A DNA stretch of 52,545 nt from Promethearchaeia archaeon (lineage in GTDB: Archaea; Asgardarchaeota; Lokiarchaeia; Sigyniarchaeales; SOKP01), in assembly GCA_029856155.1 (NCBI GenBank), contig JAHQWL010000026.1, positions 1 to 52,545 on the forward strand, given 5' to 3'. Below, piece after piece: positions 1 to 9,619 of the stretch; position 1 is the stretch's first letter; each line of letters opens with the position of its first letter. The position numbers and the translations under genes are program-made. The notes beneath the pieces were generated by a model, which did no database searches, was not told where the DNA came from, and saw only the letters and a program-made list of their open reading frames with translations.

Positions 1-379
1 CCTTTACTTCTTTACCAAGTTATGATCCCCCAGTTATTAACAATGGAACTTACTACATTAGAGTCTGTACACAAGACATTGTAGGTAATATCGCTCCATG
101 GACTACTCTTTATGTATTTAAATACGAAAAGATAGTAAATGGTACAAAGATGATCCTATTGAAGAACCCGTTGACGATCCTGTTGACGATCCTATTGATA
201 ATCCGATTGATGATTCTGATGAAGATCCCAATGATAATTCCAACGACAGTAGTGATGATGAGCTCAATAAAGACACATTTGTTAATATAGAAGATAATAT
301 CATAGTAGAGTTTATTTTAATTATTGGAATATTAAGTTTATTGGTTTTTTTATTTATTAAGGTTCAAACAAAGAGATAA
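1..379 (+). CDS. 3' end of a secreted, C-terminally membrane-anchored protein (Ig/FN3-like end, acidic Pro linker, TM helix); apparent frameshift near 126-148
   Basis: Frame 3 reads ...NGTYYIRVCTQDIVGNIAPWTTLYVFKYE. Frame 2 continues KDDPIEEPVDDPVDDPIDNP...IIVEFILIIGILSLLVFLFIKVQTKR* (TAA 377-379). Confidence 0.6.
149..214 (+). repeat. Degenerate 12-bp tandem repeat encoding a (D/E)(D/E)P(I/V) linker
   Basis: GATGATCCTATT GAAGAACCCGTT GACGATCCTGTT GACGATCCTATT GATAATCCGATT. Confidence 0.75.
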
Positions 380-388
380 TGACTAAAG

Positions 389-466
389 AGCCAGAAAAAA
401 GAAAATTAATCTTAAATTGTTTAGTAATCATTTAGAAAAACTTGAAAAATCATCCAATAAATATGA
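389..466 (+). repeat. 78-bp exact direct repeat, copy 1 (intergenic)
   Basis: AGCCAGAAAAAAGAAAATTAATC...CAATAAATATGA is identical to 1355-1432. Confidence 0.95.
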
Positions 467-500
467 GCTGGAAATTCATTTTTTTTTTAAATATCAATAA

Positions 501-2894
501 ATGTTTAGTTTTTATATGATAGAAAATGCTGAGGACTCCCCAAATTTTTGTAAATATTGTGGTTGTAAATTTCAACAAAATGTAATTGAAAAAATAATAG
601 AAAACAAAGAACTTGTAATCTGTGAGTTCTGTGGAATCGAAATTAATATCGACAGAATTGATACTCAAGAGAGATTTGGTAAGGACTCAAATGAGAAAAC
701 CTCGAATCTTAAAGATGATATTAAGATAAATAAAAAGTCAGTTGTTAAAAAAGTCGGTAAATTTGTGAGAACAAGAAAATATTCAGTGAATGTAATTAAA
801 GAGGACGAGGATTTTCCTCAAATATTCAAAGAAAATTTAATCATAGTGACTTCTCGCTTAATCTACCATTTTATCAGAGAATGGGAGCAAGAAAATAATG
901 CAAATATACGTCATGCACGTCTAAACCAAGCAATTCTTACATATTTAGCAAGTAAGTTAAAGCCTATATTAGTTAAAAGAATAGGCAGAGCTTTTTTAGA
1001 AAATTTACATAACATCTCTCTCAAAGAATTTAATGATTGTTTAAAATTGTTACAAGAAAAAATAGAGTCAAATCAAGATTATCGAACTCATTTTATAACA
1101 TTTTTGATATGGTTACAAAGAATTGTGTTTAAGATAATTTCGCAGATGTGGGAAATGACACACCTCCCTAATTTTCAGGCTATTATCCTTAGAGATCTAA
1201 AGAAATTCATGAAACAAGATTTAGTTTTAGATGAAAAAGAAGTTGCAGTTAATTCTTTAAAAGAATTCGGTCCAGAATTAAATGAACACCAATTTAGTTA
1301 TCAAAAAAAAAATAGTAAGTTTGATCCGAATTTGATTAAGATTGTTCATGAATTAGCCAGAAAAAAGAAAATTAATCTTAAATTGTTTAGTAATCATTTA
1401 GAAAAACTTGAAAAATCATCCAATAAATATGAAAGAACGGCATTTATGGCTTCTGTAAGAATACTTCAAGATTTAATAAAAAAAGAAGAGATTCCTATTT
1501 TCATTAGAGGATCCTACCAGACTTCATTTGGAAAAAGCTATTTAAGAAGAGGTGAAAAAGGGTTTGATCATTTCCACTCATATATTGAAGCAATATATGA
1601 GATTAAATGCTTATTTAAAATGGGTACTAAAACTGATATTTATATTGGACATACCGAGAAATCTCTAAGAAGGAGATTTGAATATCATATAGAAACCGCA
1701 CTTAACGAGTATATTGAAAAAAAAAGGGAACCTCTATCATTAATTAGAAAAGCAATAATAAAAGCATTAGAGCAGGAAGTTACTAAAGATGGAGTCAAAT
1801 ATTTAGGATTGAAATATGAAAAATTTTGTGATATTAGCCATTTTATTGAGCAATATCAGTCTTTAACAAAAAAATCACGCTTTATTATTAGGAAAAAGCT
1901 AATGAACTCTTTTATAGGTAAATATTTTGAAATAAAAGTAATCGAAAAACACTATACAAAAAAAGATGTATCTGACAGAGAAAAATGGTATAAAGAAAAT
2001 TACCCAGATTCCAAAGGCACTGTATTTCCTTATGGACTTAATATGGATTCAACTTTAGAAAGTGTAAAAAAATATATTGCCCTTCCAATGTATGATATTG
2101 TTTTCATGTTATCTTTAGGATATAGAGTACCTTATATTTCAAGAATGATAAAAAAGTTATATAATATAAAAGAAGCATCTGAAGATAACATTTATGCTCG
2201 TATAAAGCAGTTTTTTAAAAGTGTTGAGAATGCTGAAGATCAATTTTTAAGGCTCGTAGTTCAATCATTGCTAGAAAATCATCTTAATTTATCTGGTGCT
2301 CAAATTGGCAGGATTATTCATCGAAAAGGAGGAAAACATTTTTTTGATTCACGAGCTTGTCCTTTTAGACGATGGTTTGGTGATATTAAGTTAAGAGAAT
2401 TGAAAAAAGTAATAGTTCGTGGAGATTTTAGCTGGAAAAAGTTGAATAGCTTATTAGAGGAACTTAGAAATGGATATAATATTAAAGGAATTCATAAATC
2501 GCAATGGATTGATTTATTCATTAAAGGTGCGTCTAATGCTGAATTAGCTATAATTGCTGGTTATAAAAATGCTGATACTTTTAGAAAACATTTTTTTAAA
2601 TTAGAGGAAAGTAGAAAAGCGTTTGGTGTATCTAATAGAAAAGAAGCTGTTAAAAAATATAGAAAATTAAAAACTATACAAATCTTAAAGAATACTACTT
2701 CTCCTTCATTATCAGTTTTTGAAAATATATATGTGGATGTATTTGGATTTCAGAGTCGTCAAGTATATATAAAAAAATATGAAAAACACTACAATAGTGG
2801 TGTTTATTTTTTCGAGAGAGCTCTTAAACAATATTTCATAGCATTATTTGATGGAATGACACTGAAAGAGATAATTGATAAATATAAAACTTAA
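501..2894 (+). CDS. Zn-ribbon + GIY-YIG endonuclease-like multidomain protein with basic, helical C-terminal region (start may be ATG 516)
   Basis: N-terminal CKYC...CEFC; AIYEIKC..DIYIGHTEKSLRRRFEYH; downstream DREKWY..YGLNM (GIY-YIG Glu/Asn motifs). Confidence 0.7.
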   Translation: MFSFYMIENAEDSPNFCKYCGCKFQQNVIEKIIENKELVICEFCGIEINIDRIDTQERFGKDSNEKTSNLKDDIKINKKSVVKKVGKFVRTRKYSVNVIKEDEDFPQIFKENLIIVTSRLIYHFIREWEQENNANIRHARLNQAILTYLASKLKPILVKRIGRAFLENLHNISLKEFNDCLKLLQEKIESNQDYRTHFITFLIWLQRIVFKIISQMWEMTHLPNFQAIILRDLKKFMKQDLVLDEKEVAVNSLKEFGPELNEHQFSYQKKNSKFDPNLIKIVHELARKKKINLKLFSNHLEKLEKSSNKYERTAFMASVRILQDLIKKEEIPIFIRGSYQTSFGKSYLRRGEKGFDHFHSYIEAIYEIKCLFKMGTKTDIYIGHTEKSLRRRFEYHIETALNEYIEKKREPLSLIRKAIIKALEQEVTKDGVKYLGLKYEKFCDISHFIEQYQSLTKKSRFIIRKKLMNSFIGKYFEIKVIEKHYTKKDVSDREKWYKENYPDSKGTVFPYGLNMDSTLESVKKYIALPMYDIVFMLSLGYRVPYISRMIKKLYNIKEASEDNIYARIKQFFKSVENAEDQFLRLVVQSLLENHLNLSGAQIGRIIHRKGGKHFFDSRACPFRRWFGDIKLRELKKVIVRGDFSWKKLNSLLEELRNGYNIKGIHKSQWIDLFIKGASNAELAIIAGYKNADTFRKHFFKLEESRKAFGVSNRKEAVKKYRKLKTIQILKNTTSPSLSVFENIYVDVFGFQSRQVYIKKYEKHYNSGVYFFERALKQYFIALFDGMTLKEIIDKYKT
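1355..1432 (+). repeat. 78-bp exact direct repeat, copy 2 (inside CDS 501-2894)
   Basis: Identical to 389-466; encodes ARKKKINLKLFSNHLEKLEKSSNKYE. Confidence 0.95.
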
Positions 2895-2988
2895 CAATTC
2901 TTATCTATTGAAAAACTTCTTTTTATTAGAGTTTTAATTTTTTAAGATATTTGAAATAAATTTAAATGATAAAATGTAATTTTAAGAA

Positions 2989-3786
2989 ATGCGTGAATAC
3001 ACTTACGGACCATTTCAATCGAGGCGATTAGGACTTTCTTTAGGTGTTAATGTTTTAACTAATTATAAATTATGCACATATAATTGTGTATACTGTGAAA
3101 TTGGTTTAACAAAAAAAGAAAATTTAGTTTCTCCTAATTATAGAATAAAATTACCACCATCACCCAATTTCAGAAAAGAATTAAAATCAATTTTAACCTA
3201 TTTTCCACATCTGAACTCAATTACTTTTGGTTATAATGGAGAACCTACCTTAAATGAAAATCTTTTAGATTTTCTTAAAGTAGCAGAGGGTATAAGGAAT
3301 AAATTCGACTGGGCAAATCAAAAACCAATCCTCACATTGTTTACAAATTCTAGTACATTATATATTGATAAAATAAGGAAAAGAGTCAGTCAATTCGAGT
3401 TAGTTTTAGCAAAATTAGATACAGCTAATAATGATGATTTTAAGAGAACTAACCGTCCACATCATGATGTTCCTAATATCGAAATGATAATTGAGTCCTT
3501 AATTAAATTAAAACAAGAAATACCAAAGAATAATAAATTAGCTATCCAGATTTTAATTTATGATTCCTACAATAAGGATTTTATACCAAATAACAATTCT
3601 AAAAATATTCTTGATATTGCTCAAGCATTAAAAAAAATAAAACCTGATATAATACAAATTTACTCAACAGCAAGAATTCCCGCAGAATATTTTGTTTTCT
3701 CAATAGATGACGAAAGAAAAAGGGAAATCGCTTCTATCTTTAAAGAAGTAATCCGTGATGATAAAATTGAAATAAATATTTATTAA
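2989..3786 (+). CDS. Radical SAM protein (TYW1-like archaeal family)
   Basis: YGPFQSRRLGLSLGVN, CTYNCVYC (CxxxCxxC), GEPTL. Confidence 0.85.
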   Translation: MREYTYGPFQSRRLGLSLGVNVLTNYKLCTYNCVYCEIGLTKKENLVSPNYRIKLPPSPNFRKELKSILTYFPHLNSITFGYNGEPTLNENLLDFLKVAEGIRNKFDWANQKPILTLFTNSSTLYIDKIRKRVSQFELVLAKLDTANNDDFKRTNRPHHDVPNIEMIIESLIKLKQEIPKNNKLAIQILIYDSYNKDFIPNNNSKNILDIAQALKKIKPDIIQIYSTARIPAEYFVFSIDDERKREIASIFKEVIRDDKIEINIY

Positions 3787-3891
3787 ATCATAGAAAAACT
3801 TTTATTACTGCCATAATATTTTGATGTATTCGAAATCTTTATTTTATTCAGAGGTTAAGGAAAACATAGAAAATTTTAATGTGAGAAAAAA

Positions 3892-4896
3892 GTGGATGAA
3901 AATTTCATTGCTGGTATAGATATTGGAGGTACTTGGGTTCGAGTTGCTATTTGTGCAGCAGATTTAAATGAAAAAAATATTAAAAAAAAAATTACAGCAA
4001 CATTAAAGGAAAATGAATATTCAATTAGCAATTCAGCATGTCAAATTTTATCAGAGTTATTATCTGAAAACAATATTAAAAAAGAACAGATTTTAGGAAT
4101 AGGGGTTGCTACCGCAGGTCCTTTAAACATGGAAAAAGGGGAGGTTTTTAATAATGCTAATCTCGGATTTAGAGTAATTCCCCTAAAAGAACCAATTAGA
4201 GAGAAATTTCCTGAAATCCCTATATATTTTATTAATGATTGTAATGGGAGTGTTTTAGGTGTACATTTCTTTGAAGCCGAAGACGATGAAAAAGACAATT
4301 TAGTATATATCACTATGTCTACTGGAGTTGGAGGAGGCGTTATTTGTAATGGACATTTATTATTAGGAAAAGAAGGGAATGCAGCAGAAATAGGACACAC
4401 ATTAGTTGAACCAAAGAGTAAAGCTCAGTGCAATTGTGGTGCGTATGGGTGCTGGGAAGCTTTTAGTTCTGGAACAGGTGTTCGAAACAGAGCATTAGAT
4501 GCATTACAAGAAGGAAAACTTAATGCAGGTATATTGATGAGCATTGTAGAAAAAGATAAATCGAGAATAACAGCTAAAGAGATTTTTCAAGCTGCAAGAG
4601 AAGGTGATGAATTATCTAAAAAGATAGTAAATGATTGTGTTTTCTATACCAAAATAGGAGTTGGCATAGTAAATAATTATTATGATTGTACATGTATTTA
4701 TTTTGGAGGAGCCATGATGAAAGATAAAGAACAGATAATTCCTCATATAATTAAGCAATTTGAAGTGGATCCCATTAAATTTACAAGTAATCATCCCCCA
4801 AAAATAAAATTAACAAAATATGAAGATGAAATTGGATTAAGAGGTGCTTTAGCTCTAGTCAAATACAAAATTGAAAGTAATTTAATAATCTCCTAA
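3892..4896 (+). CDS. ROK family sugar kinase (glucokinase-like)
   Basis: GIDIGGT, STGVGGG, AEIGH, CNCGAYGCWE Zn motif. Confidence 0.92.
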   Translation: MDENFIAGIDIGGTWVRVAICAADLNEKNIKKKITATLKENEYSISNSACQILSELLSENNIKKEQILGIGVATAGPLNMEKGEVFNNANLGFRVIPLKEPIREKFPEIPIYFINDCNGSVLGVHFFEAEDDEKDNLVYITMSTGVGGGVICNGHLLLGKEGNAAEIGHTLVEPKSKAQCNCGAYGCWEAFSSGTGVRNRALDALQEGKLNAGILMSIVEKDKSRITAKEIFQAAREGDELSKKIVNDCVFYTKIGVGIVNNYYDCTCIYFGGAMMKDKEQIIPHIIKQFEVDPIKFTSNHPPKIKLTKYEDEIGLRGALALVKYKIESNLIIS

Positions 4897-4912
4897 TAAA
4901 AGAATAAATAAA

Positions 4913-6337
4913 ATGGAAGACAAAAATTTAATTTTTACATTAAGCGGAATCAGAGGTCGTGCTGAGAAAGATCTTACATTCGACACTGTTAAGAAAATTG
5001 CGATTGCTTTTGGATTATGGATTGATGGAAAAGATAAGAAAGTGGTACTAGGCAGAGATACTCGACCAAGTGGTTCTCTAATTGAACAAGCGTTAATAGA
5101 AGGATTAAATTTTTCTGGTTTTAAAATATTAAATCTTGGAATATGCCCTACACCTGTAATAATTCATGCTAAGAATAAATTAAATATCCCAGCGGGTATT
5201 ATTATTACAGGATCTCATAATCCTCAACAATGGAATGGTCTAAAATTATTATCTACAAAAACTTTTCTGAATACTGATGATTTAGAAATAATTTCAATCT
5301 ATTTAGAAAACATAGATTTAAATTCTTATAATAAAGATCAGTTAAGTGTAGTCCAGAATGTTGAAACTTTGAATCCAATTAGAGATTATATTCAAGATTT
5401 ATTAAGTCATATTGATCATTTAGAGATTAAACATAAAAATAATCTAAGAGTAGTTATAGACTCGGGAGCAGGAGCGGGAAAACTTGTCACACCACTAGTA
5501 TTAAATGAATTGGGTTGCCATACAAAATTAATTAATAATGACTTGCTTGTAAATAAAGATTTCCCAAGAGAAATTGAACCAATAAAGGAAAATCTCAAAG
5601 ATTTGATAATGGAAGTGTGGCAAGGTAATTATGATATTGGATTCGCTCATGATACTGATGCGGATAGATTAACAATTATTGGAGAAACGGGTATATGTTA
5701 TCCCGAAGACATAGGATTAGCAATAATTACAAAATATTACTTAGAAAATCACCAAGATATGGATAGAAAAATATTTTTTGTTACAAATTTAGCATCTTCA
5801 TTAAGGTTTGACGCGATCGCAGAAAAATATAATGCTCAAATTATAAGAACACCTATAGGAGAACGCTTCTTAACAGAAGAAATGAATAAATTAATTTCGA
5901 ATTCATCAAAGAGTCGATTGGTTTTCGGCGGGGAAGGATCGTGTGGAGGTTTTATGTTCCCATATTTCAATAACACGAGAGATGGGATTTTCGCAGCTGC
6001 AAAAATAGTTGAAATTCTTGTAAAAACAGGAAAAACCATATCACAACTGGTTGCAGAACTACCTAAGTATTATTCTCATCGAGTAAAAATCAATGTAAAA
6101 AATATTGACACTATATCCCTTATTAAAAAAGTGAAAACAGAACTAATAACGGAGGGAGAAGATGTAGAACAAATAAACAATGATCTTAAATTTGGAAAGG
6201 CAAAAGATTGGTTTGTTCTAATCCATCCATCTAATACAGAACCAGTGATTAGAGTGATAAGTGAAGCAAAAAGAGAATCTCTAGCTAGAGTTTATTGTGA
6301 AGCAACAGCAGAACTTGTGAAATTAATCATTTCGTAA
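4913..6337 (+). CDS. Alpha-D-phosphohexomutase (PGM/PMM/GlmM family)
   Basis: GRDTR, ITGSHNP phosphoserine loop, DTDADR metal loop, SNTEP. Confidence 0.93.
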   Translation: MEDKNLIFTLSGIRGRAEKDLTFDTVKKIAIAFGLWIDGKDKKVVLGRDTRPSGSLIEQALIEGLNFSGFKILNLGICPTPVIIHAKNKLNIPAGIIITGSHNPQQWNGLKLLSTKTFLNTDDLEIISIYLENIDLNSYNKDQLSVVQNVETLNPIRDYIQDLLSHIDHLEIKHKNNLRVVIDSGAGAGKLVTPLVLNELGCHTKLINNDLLVNKDFPREIEPIKENLKDLIMEVWQGNYDIGFAHDTDADRLTIIGETGICYPEDIGLAIITKYYLENHQDMDRKIFFVTNLASSLRFDAIAEKYNAQIIRTPIGERFLTEEMNKLISNSSKSRLVFGGEGSCGGFMFPYFNNTRDGIFAAAKIVEILVKTGKTISQLVAELPKYYSHRVKINVKNIDTISLIKKVKTELITEGEDVEQINNDLKFGKAKDWFVLIHPSNTEPVIRVISEAKRESLARVYCEATAELVKLIIS

Positions 6338-6410
6338 ATCTTTTTTTTTTAAGAAAATTCTCATTAGTTTAATGCTTCACAAACAAGACTTAAATAAGAG
6401 AGAAATTACA

Positions 6411-8237
6411 CTACTCCTTTAGTTGTTCTAATATTTTTTCAGCTAATTTTTTTCCTATTAATTGAGAAATATCTTCCAATGAAGCTTTTTTAATCTTTTC
6501 TACACTTCCAAAATGATTAAGTAATTTATTTCTAGTTATTGGCCCAACGCCTTCAATATCATCTAAAACCGAACCTGTTGTTCGCCTCTCTCTCTGCTTT
6601 ATATGCAATTTTTTTGAAAACCTGTGGGCCTCGTCGCGTACTCTTTGAAATAGTTTTAAAGTTGAGGAATTTCTTGGTAAAATAATGGGTTCTTTCTTTG
6701 AAGGTATATATATTTCTTCATATTTTTTAGCTAAGCCAATAATGGGAATATCAAGGCTTAACTCTTTTAGAATCGATACTCCTGCGTTCAATTGCCCTTT
6801 TCCACCATCTACTAATATTAAATCTGGTAATTCTAAATTTCTTTCTAAAAGCATGTTGTAACGTCTTTTTAAAACTTCTTTCATCATCGCAACATCATCA
6901 GGTGTAGATTTAGATTGAATTTTAAAATGCCGATAATACTTATTATAAGGTTTTCCTTCAAGAAATTAAACCATAGAACCTGTAGCATCTTTGCCATCTA
7001 TATTGGAGATATCAAAGCCCTCAATAATTCTCGGAAATTTAGGTAAATCCAAAACTTCTTTTGTTTCTTCAAGAATTTTCTCTCTAAATTCTTTATCATT
7101 CATTTTGATCTCTTCCATTTGTATTTGCTGCTCAACCATTACTTTTGCGTTTTTATTCGCTATTCGCTGCAAACTTGTTTCATTCTCGTTATGTAAAGTT
7201 CTGATTTGTATATCTTGTTTAATATCTTTTAAAAAATCTGATAGGATTCTAAATCTATCATTTATGTCAGGAATGACAATAATATCTGGTAATTGAGATT
7301 TGAAATTTTGATAATATTGTTCTAAAATTGAATTCATAATCTCTTTCTTTTGAATTAATTTCTCCCGCAAATCAAAGGTAAATGAACTTTTATTTAAAAT
7401 TCTGCTTTCCCTAATATGGATAATTACCATCGCCATATATTTTTCAGTACTATAAAAACCAACAATATCCTTATTGGCTTCATGGTTCATTAATACGTGT
7501 TGTCGATCAGTGGCATGATCTATATCTTCCAATTTATCCCTCCAGAAAGCTGCAGATTCAAAATCCTGGTTTTTAGATGCAAGGTACATTTTTTCTGATA
7601 ATTGATTTTTCAACTCATCAGTTTCTCCTTTTAAAAATAATTCGATTTTCTTAATATTTTCACGATATTCTTCTTTAGTTATCGTGGTAAAACATGGACC
7701 AGGACAAAGTTTTAATTGATAATACAAACACGCTCTCTTTTTTTTTTTAATCGGCTTTTTACATGAACAATAAGGAAAGATTTTTCTTAAATCTCTAAGT
7801 ATTCTTATTATTTCTTTTTTATCTGTATAAGGCCCTAAAAATATATTATCTTTGGAATACTTTTCTGGATTTCTAAGTACACGGATCCTTGGAAAATCTT
7901 CAGAATAAAAAAATGCCACCCAAGGATATGTCTTAGAATCCCTCATGATTACATTAAAGCGAGGGAGATGCTTTTTAATTTGAATATTTTCTAATATTAA
8001 AGCTTCTTTCTCATTTTCAGTTACAATATATTCAATAGAATGTATCAGCTTTACTAGTTCTTTAATTTTCTCTTCATAATATGGATCTGTAAAACTTGTC
8101 TTTAAAAAATATTGATTGACTCTCTTCTTGAGATTTATAGCTTTTCCTATGTAAATAATTGAACCTTTTTTATCAGCAAATAAATAAACTCCTGGTTCAT
8201 TTGGTAAACTCTTTCGTTGTAAGTCTAAATCCTTCAT
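6411..8237 (-). pseudogene. uvrC: Excinuclease ABC subunit C interrupted by one in-frame TAA (6966-6968); nonsense allele or base-call error
   Basis: PGVY..YIGKA GIY-YIG, CLYYQLKLCPGPC, IEGFDISN..GSMV*FLEGKP..DDVAMMKEV, LILVDGGKGQL, RDEAHRF, HhH GVGP. Both track ORFs are in the same frame. Confidence 0.88.
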
Positions 8238-8407
8238 AAATATGAAATTTTAGTGAGAATTATGATATAATAGTGTGATGAATTTTTTATTTCTATTATT
8301 ATAAGAATAAATCAAGTATTAAAAATCAAAGAGAGTAAATGTTATTTATGATTATTAAATATTAGAAAATAACTGAATTTCTGATATATAAAAAATTTAC
8401 ATTAAAT

Positions 8408-8596
8408 ATGGTAAATATTAGAATTTGCCCAAAATGCAAAAAGCCGACGCTAAAAAATGCAACAAACGTTAGTGGTTGGTTAGCTCCAGATTTATACGAG
8501 TGTAAAGATAAAAAATGTGGTTATTTTGGTCGTTTTTACATCGAAGTTGATTCTGAAGATTATCAATTAGATCAAGATGAAAACTCATTAGAATAA
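8408..8596 (+). CDS. Small Zn-ribbon protein
   Basis: CPKC...GWLAPDLYECKDKKCGY. Confidence 0.75.
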   Translation: MVNIRICPKCKKPTLKNATNVSGWLAPDLYECKDKKCGYFGRFYIEVDSEDYQLDQDENSLE

Positions 8597-8675
8597 ATAA
8601 GTTTGATTAAATATTGTATTTTGACAACGAAAAGTTCGATTAACCATAAGAAATAATATTAAATGTGAATTTATA

Positions 8676-9608
8676 ATGAAAGAATTGTTAGAAGATGCCC
8701 AAAAGATTAAATCTTTAGAGATTCAAGGTGCTAGTAATGTTGCTATTAGTGCTATTGAATTTTTAAGTAATTATGCAAAAAGATTAAAATGTAAGAATAT
8801 TGAGACTTGTTTTAAGAAACTTAACGATGCACAAGTTATTTTAATAGATACAAGACCAACAGAACCGGCTATGAAAAATGGTTTGAAGTATATAATGAAT
8901 AAGTTAGAACAAGAAAAAGAAAGTATAATTCCTGAATATATATCTGATATTATTGAAAAATACAAGAATCTATATTGTGAAATGCTTCAAGATTCAAAAA
9001 GAAGAATTGCTGAAATAGGATCTAGGCGTATCCCTGCTTCCAGTCGTAAATTTAACGTGATGACTCATTGCCATTCTAGTCTGGTTACTGGTATTCTTTT
9101 AGAAGCTAAAAAACAAGGTAAAAATTTTAAAGTAATTAATACCGAAACACAACCACGATTACAAGGGAGGAAAACTGCAATTAAATTAATGAAGGCAAAT
9201 ATTGAAATTATCCATGTTGTTGATAGCGCTATGAGATGGGCTGTGAGACATTATCAAGTTGATCTGATTTTAATTGGTGCAGATAGTATAACTTCTGAAG
9301 GAACTATTATCAATAAAATAGGATCACGATTATTAGCATTGGTTGCTCATGAAGAACATGTTCCTTTCTATGTTGCATCTCCTTTATTAAAGTATAACCC
9401 TGAGACTAATCTAGGGCTTTTGGAAACTATTGAAATGAGAGATCCTCAAGAAATATGGGAAAACCCTCCAGAAGGAATTAAAATTTTAAATCCCGCGTTC
9501 GAAACTGTAAGTAGAAGATATATAGATGGTTTAATTACAGAAGCTGGTATTTTTGCCTCGAGCCACGTACCAAACTATTTTGCTAAAACATATCCAGAAC
9601 TGGTTTAG
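8676..9608 (+). CDS. Ribose-1,5-bisphosphate isomerase (eIF2B alpha/beta/delta-like family)
   Basis: IQGA, TRPTE, MTHCHS catalytic Cys, GADSI catalytic Asp, NKIGS, NPAF; convergent with RuBisCO. Confidence 0.85.
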   Translation: MKELLEDAQKIKSLEIQGASNVAISAIEFLSNYAKRLKCKNIETCFKKLNDAQVILIDTRPTEPAMKNGLKYIMNKLEQEKESIIPEYISDIIEKYKNLYCEMLQDSKRRIAEIGSRRIPASSRKFNVMTHCHSSLVTGILLEAKKQGKNFKVINTETQPRLQGRKTAIKLMKANIEIIHVVDSAMRWAVRHYQVDLILIGADSITSEGTIINKIGSRLLALVAHEEHVPFYVASPLLKYNPETNLGLLETIEMRDPQEIWENPPEGIKILNPAFETVSRRYIDGLITEAGIFASSHVPNYFAKTYPELV

Positions 9609-9619
9609 AAAATATTATT

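Noticed and set aside
389-1432. 78-bp pair as a DGR template/variable repeat
   Set aside because: The copies are identical with no adenine-specific mismatches, and there is no reverse transcriptase in the window.
6966-6968. Sec/Pyl recoding or an intron at the uvrC stop
   Set aside because: The codon is TAA, not TGA or TAG; TAA ends many genes here; no extra sequence is inserted.
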